A stretch of DNA of 64,000 nucleotides from Emiliania huxleyi CCMP1516 (Eukaryota): positions 1,028,459-1,092,458 of the forward strand of contig NW_005202427.1 of the NCBI RefSeq assembly GCF_000372725.1, given 5' to 3'. Positions 13,445 to 23,571 of the stretch are shown in pieces. Positions within the stretch are counted from its first letter, which is position 1, and each line of letters opens with the position of its first letter. A model generated the notes under the pieces. That model was not told the DNA's origin. It was given only the letters and a program-made list of their open reading frames with translations, and did no database searches. Both the position numbers and the translations under genes were made by a program.

Positions 13445-14404
13445 TTAGCCCCAACCACTATCTCCACAAACGCCCTCCCTCCCTGGGCGCCGCCACCAGG
13501 ACTTGAGGACCAGCTTCTTGGGGGTCACGTGCAGGCCGTTGTGAAAGACGAGCATTTCGGCTCCGCACCGGCCGAGTGGCTGCAGGTCCTCGGGGAAGCC
13601 GTCGGGCAGCAGCGCCTCGATAAACTCCGTCTCCCCTCCTCGGTTTGTCCACCCCGTCGCATAGCCCGGGCGGTGCGGCCGGCCTCGGTACGGCCAGAGC
13701 GGGCCCGCTCGAGCGTGAATCAGCGCCGCGTCGAACGCGAAACCGCCCATGTCGATGCAAAAGTAACGGCCGCCGAGTTGCAGGGCCGTCCAGCTGCTGC
13801 CGCACCACGACGCTCGCAGCTCATGGAGGCGGCCGTCCAGGTCGTAGATCGGCCCCTCGAGCACCGCCGGATTGATGCGGCCCTCGGAAATCTGCACGGC
13901 GAGGACGCCGACCCGGCCAGCGGAGAGCGAGCGCAGCGCGGGCCATAGCCTCCGGTCGTACTGGTTATCATCGTCCATCTGGTAGACGACCCCGTGCAGC
14001 CGCTTCTCGCGGATCAGCTCGAGAGCGGCGGCGCGCTGCAAGTTGCCTCCCGCCCGCGATGGGCCGACGGCGAGGTGGAAGTAGGCTAGGCCGCTCGAGG
14101 CGAGGACGGCGGAAGCCGCGGCCGATGCGTTTGCCGCGTCCTCCACGACGATCCAGAGGGCCTCCGCCTCCCCGGCGAGGACGGACGCGCATAGAGACAG
14201 CTTGGCGGCCTGCGCCGAGTGCGGGTAGGTAGCAGTCACGACGATGAGCCGCGGCGAGCCGGCGTGCCACCCGCAAGCGGAAGGAGCGGCAAACGGTGGT
14301 GCGCCGCCTCTGCGCCAACGCCGACGCCACTCGCACAGCTTGGGTTTGGATGCGCCGCTGCAGTCGATGCCTTTTTGCGGGCTGCGAGAGGGCTCGGGCG
14401 GCAC
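13445..14404 (-). CDS. Glycosyltransferase family 43 (beta-glucuronyltransferase-like); 5' end unresolved
   Basis: IVVTATY, LWIVVEDA, GVVYQMDDDNQYD (DxD) and CIDMGGFAF motifs. Confidence 0.88.
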   Translation of the reverse strand: MPPEPSRSPQKGIDCSGASKPKLCEWRRRWRRGGAPPFAAPSACGWHAGSPRLIVVTATYPHSAQAAKLSLCASVLAGEAEALWIVVEDAANASAAASAVLASSGLAYFHLAVGPSRAGGNLQRAAALELIREKRLHGVVYQMDDDNQYDRRLWPALRSLSAGRVGVLAVQISEGRINPAVLEGPIYDLDGRLHELRASWCGSSWTALQLGGRYFCIDMGGFAFDAALIHARAGPLWPYRGRPHRPGYATGWTNRGGETEFIEALLPDGFPEDLQPLGRCGAEMLVFHNGLHVTPKKLVLKSWWRRPGREGVCGDSGWG

Positions 14405-15104
14405 GGCCGCCTTCCCGCTGCTGGCGTCGGGCGGCGCGGGTGCAAAGCATGTGCGACCGATTGGCGGTCATGCCAGAAGCTCTGCCAAACACGCCTGCCG
14501 CACCGAGCAGTATTTGATGCATCTACAGCGCGACCGTCGAAGGCGAACGCCGGGGGATCTTCCACTACGTTCTACGTACACATGCCGCCCTGGATGCTCG
14601 CTTCTCAGCCGCTCTGTCCAAGTGCGGTAGAACTCTGAATGGTTCTCATGCTGACAGCGGAGGTGTCGAGGGCAGTCACCCGGAGCAAGCGCAAAGAATA
14701 GATCAAGCCGGCTGCGAAGATGCGGTCGAGCTCTGCCAGGGAATTTAGCGATTGCACCTGCCGTACCACTGGGCTGCTGTATCCTCGGGCATGGCCCACA
14801 TAACACACACCAGCTCTGCCCAGCGTTCGGTTCATGTCGGCGTTCTCTCGCGTAGAATTCCTGATGCAGGATCTGAACTGTATCGTCGTCGTCGTCTCTA
14901 GCCAGTCACTCAAACTCTCAGCGCTGCTCTCAATCCTAGCCCGGTAGAAAAGAAGGTTGGGGGGAAGTTTCTGCGCACTGGACGTATTTTCTTCTCATAA
15001 CAAGGCTGTGAAAACCGAAACTCAAACTTATCAGATCCGCTTCCTTCTTCGGCCGCCTGTTTTGTGGCGCTTCGCGTCCGATAAGACGAGCACGGCGTGC
15101 GCGC

Positions 15105-15785
15105 ATGTCCGCGTTAGCGGGCAGGCAGTCCCTCGGTGCGTCGGACGGGGACAACAAAGATGAAAACAACGAGGAGCTGCTCTATGCGACAACGACTTTG
15201 CCGCGGGAGGGCGACGTGAAGTGGCTGGTCGACCGCGGTGCCACGCAAGAGCGAGCAATTGCCTTACTTAGCCAGCACGGCTCACTCCTTGCTGCAATCC
15301 AAGCCGTGCTGAATGCTACGCCGAACGAAGCTTCGGACGACTTGGCGCTTGCAGCGGCTGTGGCGGGCAGCTTTCCAACCGATATCAGGAGAATGGTAAG
15401 GCAGTTGGGCAGTTCGTTGAAGGGGCAGGCGGAGAAGGCCGCGGTTGGTCTGGCCACGCTCGCGCGCGACAAACCCGGAAGCCGTCGCGCGATTGCGCGA
15501 GCCCTCGATGTGCTCGACCCGTGTCGCTCAAACGGCCTGGTTTTGAAGTTGGCTCCGGAGAATACTCCGGTGAGTCGTAGAAACGTCAAGTCGGCAGAGC
15601 TGGTAGCCGAGCTCCGGGCGCTCCTTCAGAGCCTCAACGAGGTGCCAGCTGCAGAAGACGAGGAGTTGGTCGTCTACTGCGAGGCCTTTTGTGAAGAGAC
15701 GAACGCAGCAAACGGCGACGCTTCGCTTTCCGCGAAGATGAAGGGCCCCGGCCTCCTGCGTAGCTGGACTGGCCTGCTTGGATGA
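15105..15785 (+). CDS. Hypothetical protein with a UBA-like segment and a single ARM-like segment
   Basis: VKWLVDRGATQERAIALLSQHGSLLAAIQAVL (UBA-like) and AEKAAVGLATLARDKPGSRRAIA (ARM-like). Lower GC than neighbours; start uncertain. Confidence 0.4.
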   Translation: MSALAGRQSLGASDGDNKDENNEELLYATTTLPREGDVKWLVDRGATQERAIALLSQHGSLLAAIQAVLNATPNEASDDLALAAAVAGSFPTDIRRMVRQLGSSLKGQAEKAAVGLATLARDKPGSRRAIARALDVLDPCRSNGLVLKLAPENTPVSRRNVKSAELVAELRALLQSLNEVPAAEDEELVVYCEAFCEETNAANGDASLSAKMKGPGLLRSWTGLLG

Positions 15786-16063
15786 GCGCATCGGCTCCTC
15801 GCTCGAGATCTGCATTGACAATGATGGCGGCCACTCTCGATCCATGGATGCGCTGTCCGCAAATATATTAGGGCGGGCGCGTTTGGCTACGTTTTGCGTT
15901 TTGCGAATTGATTGAAACTAGGTTTAACGCTCTTCCGGTATACCGGAAGAGAGCGAACCCGTCCGGCCGCCAGTGGCCTCCACTTCGCCCCCTGGCCGTG
16001 TTCTGAAATGTTTGTCAGCTGATTGTCAGCCGATTGTCAGCCGTTTGTCTGAAAAGCGGCGGT

Positions 16064-19000
16064 CTAGACCGCCGGCAGCGTCACGCCCGCGGCGGCCGCC
16101 GTGCCCACCTCCGCCTCGACCTCCCCGGCGACGGCCCAGAGCGACACGTCCGGCCAGCGCGTCCGCAGTACTGCCAGCACCTTGAGTCGAGGACGCGCGT
16201 TATCAGCCCCGTGTGCAGAGTGGAGGAGTCCGGAGGGGCGGAGGGGCGGCCGGCACCTTCGGGCCCGCCACCCGGTCCACCCGCCGCGCGACCGGCGCGG
16301 GCAAGTCTGCGTATCGCATCCACACCGTCCAGCCGGCCTCCTGCTGCGCCTGCGCGGGGCCGCGTGGAGACCAGCTCAATCGACGGCTCAAGGCCCTGCC
16401 CCTTGGTCCGTGGCCTGTTTGGTGGGAAGGCGAGGGCAGACACCGGGCGGGGAGACCGCTCGTCCGCATCTCTACTGTCTCGCGTCTGCTGCCTATGTGT
16501 GTATCGGATAGTATATCGGAGGGGCGAATCCAACACTTCTAGCGGCCGTAGATGAAGATAGGCTGCTGCACCTGGCCGCAGAACTTGCAAGCGGCGGCGG
16601 CGGGCGCGGGGTTCTCGCCGAAGCACATCGTCTTGAAGCGCGAGTTGTAGCAGCTCGCACAGCGCCACGCCTAGGGAAGTGTCTAGGAAGTGTCTAGGAA
16701 GTGTCTAGGAAGTGTCTAGAGCAGCTCGCACAGCGCCACGCCTCCCCCGCCGCCGGAGGAGTGAGTCGACATCATCCGCCGAGCTACGCCGAGGTTCGAC
16801 GAGACTCGACGAGAAGGTTCGCCGAGTTCGCCGAGATTCGCCGAGATTCGCCCAGCTCCGCCGAGGTCCGCCGAGAGGCTGCACCTCCCCCGCCGCCGGA
16901 GGAGGGCCCTGCGGCAGCAGCGTCGGCGGAGGCGCGTCGGGCGGCCGAGGGGCCGAGGCGACGTCCTCTTCCGCCACCGCCTGGCGGGAGGAGGGGGGCG
17001 GGCTGGGGCGGGGAGGGGGTGGGGGGGGGTGGGTGGTGGGGGTGGTGGGTGGTGGGAGGGGAGCTGCAGCCGGGCGAGGGGCCTCGTCTCCTCTCCCCTC
17101 CCCTCTAGAGCTGCGCGTCTTCTCTTTTGCCCCCCGCCGCAGGAGGAGGACCCGTCGTCGCGGCGGAGAGCAAGAAATGAGCAGACAGGACTGCAGGCGC
17201 GCTCCCGGTACTCATTCTTGGCTCTCATCAGCAGGGAGTACTCATCAGCAGGCAATACTACAGCCATCGCACACCTTCGTCACGAGGGAGAGCTCGTACC
17301 GGTGCTCGCGCCACGCCGCCGGCAGGGAGGCCTTGTCCTCCTTGGCTGCCTGCACCGCCGGGAGGAGTGCGGCGGAGTAGCCTCAGCGCTGCCTCCCTCT
17401 GCCAGCTCGGCCTCCCTCCTCCTCCAAAGCCGCGCGCATCTCGTGCCACATCTCCGCCCGCATCTCCGCCCGCATCTCGGCTCTACCTCGGCCTGCACGA
17501 CCGACTCGACCTCCCCCACACTCAGTCGCCAGTGCGATGGCGTGAGCGACGGAGGCGCCGGGGCGGCGGGAGCGAGTGCATCGCCCACCCCGCGCAGGCG
17601 CAACCACCGCAGCCCGCGCGCCGGCGGCAGCCCGTTCCTAGTGAGCAGGCCACGGCCTGGTCGATCCAATCATCCACAGCAGACCCCGCCGCCCGCGGGC
17701 AGCGCAATGCCAGAGCGCGAGATCGACCGCCCCTTGCGTGACGGGCGGCGGCGGGGCGGCCTGCAGCTCCGCCGTCGCCGCCTCCACCGCCTCCGCCGCG
17801 GCGGAGTTCGCGTCTCCTCCGCTTCCTCCGCCGCGCGCAGACGCGAAGAGCGCCCTGACGCGGGCCTGAGGGGGCGAGCGAGAGGACGGGTACGGCCCCG
17901 CCCCACCGAAGTCTGAGGAGCAACTACGGGTGGTTGAAGACCGGCCGAATGAGCACTGCACCGCTCCACACTGGCGCGAGGGGCGACGCGCGCCTCGAAG
18001 CGCTCTTTGGCCGGCAGCGGGACCCAGGCCACGGTGAAATGGTCCCCGCCGTGCAGCACGTACACGGGCAGCGGAGGAGACTTGAGCGGGTCGGCGAGGG
18101 GGACGCCTGAGGGAATGGAGCAAACAGAGGGCTGGGTGTTGTCACGACGTCACGCACGACTCGAGCGGCTCCGCGAGGGCGGCCGCCCGTCTCGAGCTCG
18201 TCGCGGGAGAGGAGGCCGAAGGGCGAGGGCTCGCGCCATGTCACCTGCCGGGGACATGTGTCAGGGAGGTGTCAGGGGGGTGTCAGGGGGGTGTCAGGGA
18301 CGTGTCAGGGAGGTGTCAGGGAGGTGTCAGGGAGGTGTCAGGGAGGTGTCCAGAGGGCCGGCCGGGCGGGGGCGCCAGTCCCGCGTTGCTTCTTCTCGCG
18401 TGTGGGCGACCGAGTGTGGCTCGCTATGGGGGAGATATGGGGGAGATATGGGGAGATGTGGGCGAACGAGTGTGGCCCTTTGCGCGACCGGCCACGCACC
18501 AAGCCACGCAGCAGCAGGGGGAGAGGATCTGGCACGCAGAGCCGCCGCCGCCCACACCGCTACCCGCATCGCCGCTACGACGTCGCTACGCCGTCGCTAC
18601 GCCGTCGCTATGCCGCCGCTACGCCACCACCGCCACCACCACCACCGCCGCCACCGCGACTGCCACACTGCCACCGCCACTGCTATCGCCACCGCCACCG
18701 CCGCCACCGCCACCGCTACCCGCCGCCACCCGCCGCCACCCGCCGCCACCCGCCTGCCGCGTCTGGGGCGGTGTCACCTTGGCGCCGTCCTGGCCGTAGG
18801 CGCCGACGTTGCCGCGCGCCCGCCCCGCCATGAGGAGAGTCATCAGCTCGGTGCCTGCAGGGGGAGATTCGGGGAGATATGGGGGAGAGTCATCAGCTCG
18901 GTGCCTGCAGGCCGGACATGTCCGAGAAGGCGGGTCCGAGAGACAGGTCCGAGAAGGCTCATGAGGCGCGCGCGCTCCTCCGGTCTCGGCCAGAGGCTCG

Positions 19001-19821
19001 GCTAGGGCCAGTCTCGGCCAGTCTCGGCCAGTCTCGGTCAGGCTCGGCTCGGCTCGGCCAGGCTCGGCTCGTCTCGGCCATCGCCTCGTCTCGGCTATGA
19101 GTGTGCCGCAGAGAGCGTGCGGCCCGGCGATCAGAGGTCCGCTGCCGTTGTCGAGCGCCACATCCGCCCTCACCGCCTCGACGCCTCGCGTCAGCACGCA
19201 CGCGTAGCAGAGCAGCACGACGCCGCCCTTCTGCCGCAGCGCCGGCATCAGGGGCGCGAGATTGGCGGCGACGGAGGCGGCGCCATCCGCCGCGAACGAC
19301 TCTGTCACGATCGGGCCGCCGACGGCGCCTTCCCACCGCGCGAGCACCACCTCCTGCGCGACCGACTCCTTTGCACCCGCGGGCGCGTCGGCGGAGGCGC
19401 AGCGCCAGAGGATGGCTGCGAGGGCGGCGCGGAGGTCTGCCTCCGTCGCCGCCGCCGAAGGAGGAGGGCACCCCTTCTGCGCGAGGAGCTCGGCGTTGAC
19501 CGCCGCGAGGACGCCGCACGGACCGTTCTTGCCCTGCAGCAGGCCGCAACGGCTCTCGGGCGCTGCGGAGAACTCGAAGCCCTGCTCGATCCATGGCGGT
19601 GGCGCCGCCTCGGAGCCGAAGAGCGCGGCGTGCGCCGGAGTGCCGGCGTGCGCGGTGCCGCCGCCGCCGCCGCCGCCGCCAGCAGCGACGGCTGCCGGCT
19701 CGCCTTCGGCCATGCTGAAGAACAACTGCACGGCCATCTCAACGTCACCGCCGGCCATCTCGAGGTAGCTGGCCGCCTGGGCGGGGTCGAGGCCCGTGAT
19801 GGCGGCCACCGAGTCCGCCAT
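16064..19821 (-). CDS. MINDY-3/4 (FAM188/DUF4205)-like deubiquitinase with N-terminal UBA-like domain and C-terminal Cys-rich Zn-finger-like motif, multi-exon
   Basis: AITGLDPAQAASYLEMAGGDVEMAVQLFF (UBA-like), GLLQGKNGPCGVLAAV (catalytic Cys), GTELMTLLMAGRARGNV, VLHGGDHFTV (catalytic His) and WRCASCY..CKFCG. Confidence 0.8.
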
Positions 19822-19828
19822 ACACACC

Positions 19829-19987
19829 CTGCAGTGCGAACCTTTCGCCCGCTCGCGGCGTTGTGTCCCCGGTTTTTCTTTTTTGCTCCTTCGACCTTCC
19901 GGCCTCCGGGCTGGTCTTTTCGGACACGAGTCGTCGGTCCAGTTGTACAACTTATCCAAAACACACCCCCTAGATCTTATTGGTGTC
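19829..19987 (-). promoter_or_regulatory. 159-bp promoter/5'UTR-like segment P, copy 1 (copies 2 and 3 at 23184-23342 and 26239-26397)
   Basis: Three near-identical copies (one substitution seen), each immediately upstream of a minus-strand ATG. Contains CCAAT on the minus strand. Confidence 0.75.
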
Positions 19988-20216
19988 GATGCTCGGTATA
20001 CGGTATGCCGTACACCTTCGACGTACACCTGCTACTTCCAGTATTGATTGTACAAACGACCTCCCGTCGAGAGGTTCCGCACGGTGGTCGGACAGTAGAC
20101 CTTCCGCAACATGCTCGCGCATCCCGGTCGGTGCACCCTAAGCACTCGAAACGTACTGGGACAGAGCTCCTGTCGGGACCCGACCCTGATCCCTGAGCTC
20201 CTAGCGGCGGGCTCGC
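19988..20216. repeat. 229-bp 3' flank of the AP2-SAM unit, duplicated at 23343-23571
   Basis: Apparently identical direct repeat. Confidence 0.9.
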
Positions 20217-22732
20217 TCATGGCGGCGCGAAGCCGAACTTGACAAACCTGCCCGCGTGCCCGGGCTTCATCCCCGTCTCCTTGGCCACGTCCGCCCGCTC
20301 GGCGGCGTCCAGTCCGCGCAAGAACGAGATGTCGTCGTAGCCCTCGGCGTCAAAGGCGGCGGCGTAGGCCTGCAGGTTGATCTGCGCCAGCGCCGCGGCG
20401 ACGGCCGCCATGCCGCCCGTGGGGGGAGGGGGCGTCTCCCTCAGCACGGTGCGCCCGTCCGGCGTGGTCGTGAACAGGCGGCTCGAGAGCGGGGAGGGGC
20501 CGGCAGGGGCGGCAGTGGAGGTGGAGGCGGAGGCAGTGGAGGTGGAGGTGGAGGCGGCGGTGCGGGCGGCGGTGGCGGGCGCGGCCAGTGCGGTGGGTGC
20601 GGTGGGTGCGGTGGCGGTGGTGGCGGCGGAGGAGGAAGAGGAGGAGGCGGCGGCAAGGGTGGAGGAGGAGGCAGCCGAGGGTGCGGCGGCGGCGGCGCGG
20701 CTTGAGCGCCGCTTCGGCAGCGGCGCGTCGGTCGGCTCGAGCGGGCGCTTTGCTGGACGGGGCCTGGCGCCGCTGCCGCCGGCAGCGGAGTCGGCGGTGG
20801 CGGAAGAGGAGGAGCGGTCCGGCGCCTGCCCGACCGCCCGCGCGAACGCCACCGCCGCCTCCACCGCGGTGTCGAAGATGCCGACGTGGACCCTCCTTCC
20901 GCCCACATAGTGCGCTGCCTCGAAGCGGCCTTTGATTTGCTTGACCACCCCCTTGTAGCCGGTGGCGTTGCTGCTGGAGAGGTGCAAGCGCAAGCCCTCC
21001 GCCTCCGTCGCCACAGTCGGAGGAGCCGGAGGCTGGTACTCGCCGACTGCTCGCGCGTACGCCACTGCCGCCTCCACCGCTGTATCGAAGTCGCCTAGTC
21101 TGACCTTCCTTCCGTCCACCCTGTGCCGCGCCTGGAAGCGGCCAGCCTGCGCGGTGCTCTTGGTCACGCCCATGTAGCCGGTGCTGTTGCTGCTGGACAA
21201 ATGCAGACGCAAACCCTCCGCGACCGCCACGCGCGCCTCCGCTGCCGCCGCCGCTCCCTCCTCCAGCAGCGCCGGCTCTTCTGCCCCTGCCGCCGCCACC
21301 GCGCCCGCCTCCTCCTCCACCACCGGCTCGGCAGCGGCTGCGCCTTCTGCCGCCTCGCCCAGCGGTGCTGCCGACGCCTGCCCTGCTGCTGCTGCCACCG
21401 CCGCGCCCGCTTCCGGCGCCTCGCCGACCGCGCGCGCGTACGCCACCGCCGCCTCCACCGCGGTGTCGAAGAGGCCGAGGAAAGCCAGCCCTCCGTCCAC
21501 CCTGTGCTGCGCCTGGAAGCGGCCGGAGTTGTGCCTAGTCAGCCCCTTGTAGCCGGTGGCGTTGCTGCTGGACAAATGCAGCCGCAGCCCCTCTGCCTCC
21601 GTCGCCACTGTCGGAGGAGCCGGAGGCTGGTACTCGCCGACTGCTCGCGCGTACGCCACCGCCGCCTCCACCGCCGTGTCAAAGTGGCCGATGGCGACCT
21701 GCCTGTTGTGCACCCTGTGCCGCGCCTGGTAGCGGCCAGACTGGTTCTTGAACACGTTCTTGTAGCCGGTGACGTTGCTGCTCGAGGGGTGCAGCCTCAG
21801 CCCCTCCGCCTCCTCCACATGCGCCTCCGCTGCCGCCGCATCCGCCGCCGCCGCTCCCTCCTCCAGCATCGCACCGGCGCCATCAGCACAGAGCTCCGCC
21901 TCGTCGTCGCCCTCGCCTCCGCCGCCGCCCGGCTCGACTGATCCGCCTGCCTCCGTCGCGGTGCTGGCCGCTTTCGCGATGAATCTTCCGTTGTCAAAGT
22001 CGTACCGGAGCGGCGCCGTGTACTCGGCCGACAGCAAGGCTGCTCTCCGGCGCGCCATATCCAGCGCAAGGAGGCTAGTGGCGGAGCGCGGCGATCCTGC
22101 CTTGAGCATCGCGAGCAGCGAGCGGCACTTGCGCGCGTCCACATGCACAAACTTGCCCGCGGAGAGCGAGGCGAGGGCGGTGTAGAAGCCGAGCTTGCCG
22201 TGCTTCGCGAGCTCGGAACACACCGGCTGCCCGATACCCCTATACTTGTGCGTGAAGAGCCAGTAGATCTGCGCCGCGTCGGCGACCGTGAGCGTGACCG
22301 GCGGAGCGGCGTACTTTTCCGGGTTGGACATCATGGCGCGGAGGTTCGACACTGCCCGGCTGTCTGGGTCGAGCAGGGGCAGCGCCGCATCATCGGCGCT
22401 GTCGGCGCTGGAGATCCCGCCGCCGACGTCAGCAGGCGCAAGAGCCGACAGCACGTGGGCGGCCGAGCGGCCGGCTGCGGGCGGTGTTGGCGCGCGTGCC
22501 TGAGCCGCCGGGGTTGTCACGAAGGCGGGAGGAGCGGTAATGACGGGCGTAGCAGCCGCCGGCTCCGGCTCGTCGTCGCTATCCAGCTCCATCGGACACG
22601 CTGCGCTGATTCCCGGCAGTGCGGCCTCGCCACCGCCACCGCTGCCGCCGCCACTGCTGCCGCCGCCGCTGCCGTCCCCGCCACCGCCGGCCTCCTCGTC
22701 GCCGCCCTCGCCCTCTCCGCCCTCGCCGCCCG

Positions 22733-22794
<62 letters not shown>

Positions 22795-23180
22795 ACCGCC
22801 TCGGCAGTGGCAGTGCTTGCCACCGCTTGAGTGCCCGCCTCTGCAGCCGCAACGCCGGCGGCGGGCACAGGCGGCCCCTCGCTAGGCGCGGCGTCCGCGA
22901 GCTCTTTGAGGCGGAGCGAGCACTTCTGCTTCTCCTCGTTCCAGACCAGCACCAGGCAGGAGGCCCCCGCCTTCATCTGTGCCTTGACGATGCAGCTCCC
23001 GCAGTCGCACGGCATTTGGAGCCGCAGCGTGTGCGGCTCCGCTTTGGGCTCGAGGGTGAGGCGGAGCTTTCGGAGGTGCGGGGCGGCTGCGCTCTCCCTG
23101 TCAAGCGCGCGGGCGAGCCGCCCGCTCTCCGCGAGGCTCTGCCAGGAGAGCGCCGCCGGCTGCGTCCTATCCGCCATCAT
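20217..23180 (-). CDS. Intronless multi-AP2-domain protein (4 AP2 modules) with C-terminal SAM-like domain
   Basis: Four copies of GYKGV..GRFQA.H....LG.FDTAVEAAVAYARAV. C-terminal LAQINLQAYAAAFDAEGYDDISFLRGL..GMKPGHAGRF is SAM-like. Confidence 0.85.
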
Positions 23181-23571
23181 ATTCTGCAGTGCGAACCTTT
23201 CGCCCGCTCGCGGCGTTGTGTCCCCGGTTTTTCTTTTTTGCTCCTTCGACCTTCCGGCCTCCGGGCCGGTCTTTTCGGACACGAGTCGTCGGTCCAGTTG
23301 TACAACTTATCCAAAACACACCCCCTAGATCTTATTGGTGTCGATGCTCGGTATACGGTATGCCGTACACCTTCGACGTACACCTGCTACTTCCAGTATT
23401 GATTGTACAAACGACCTCCCGTCGAGAGGTTCCGCACGGTGGTCGGACAGTAGACCTTCCGCAACATGCTCGCGCATCCCGGTCGGTGCACCCTAAGCAC
23501 TCGAAACGTACTGGGACAGAGCTCCTGTCGGGACCCGACCCTGATCCCTGAGCTCCTAGCGGCGGGCTCGC

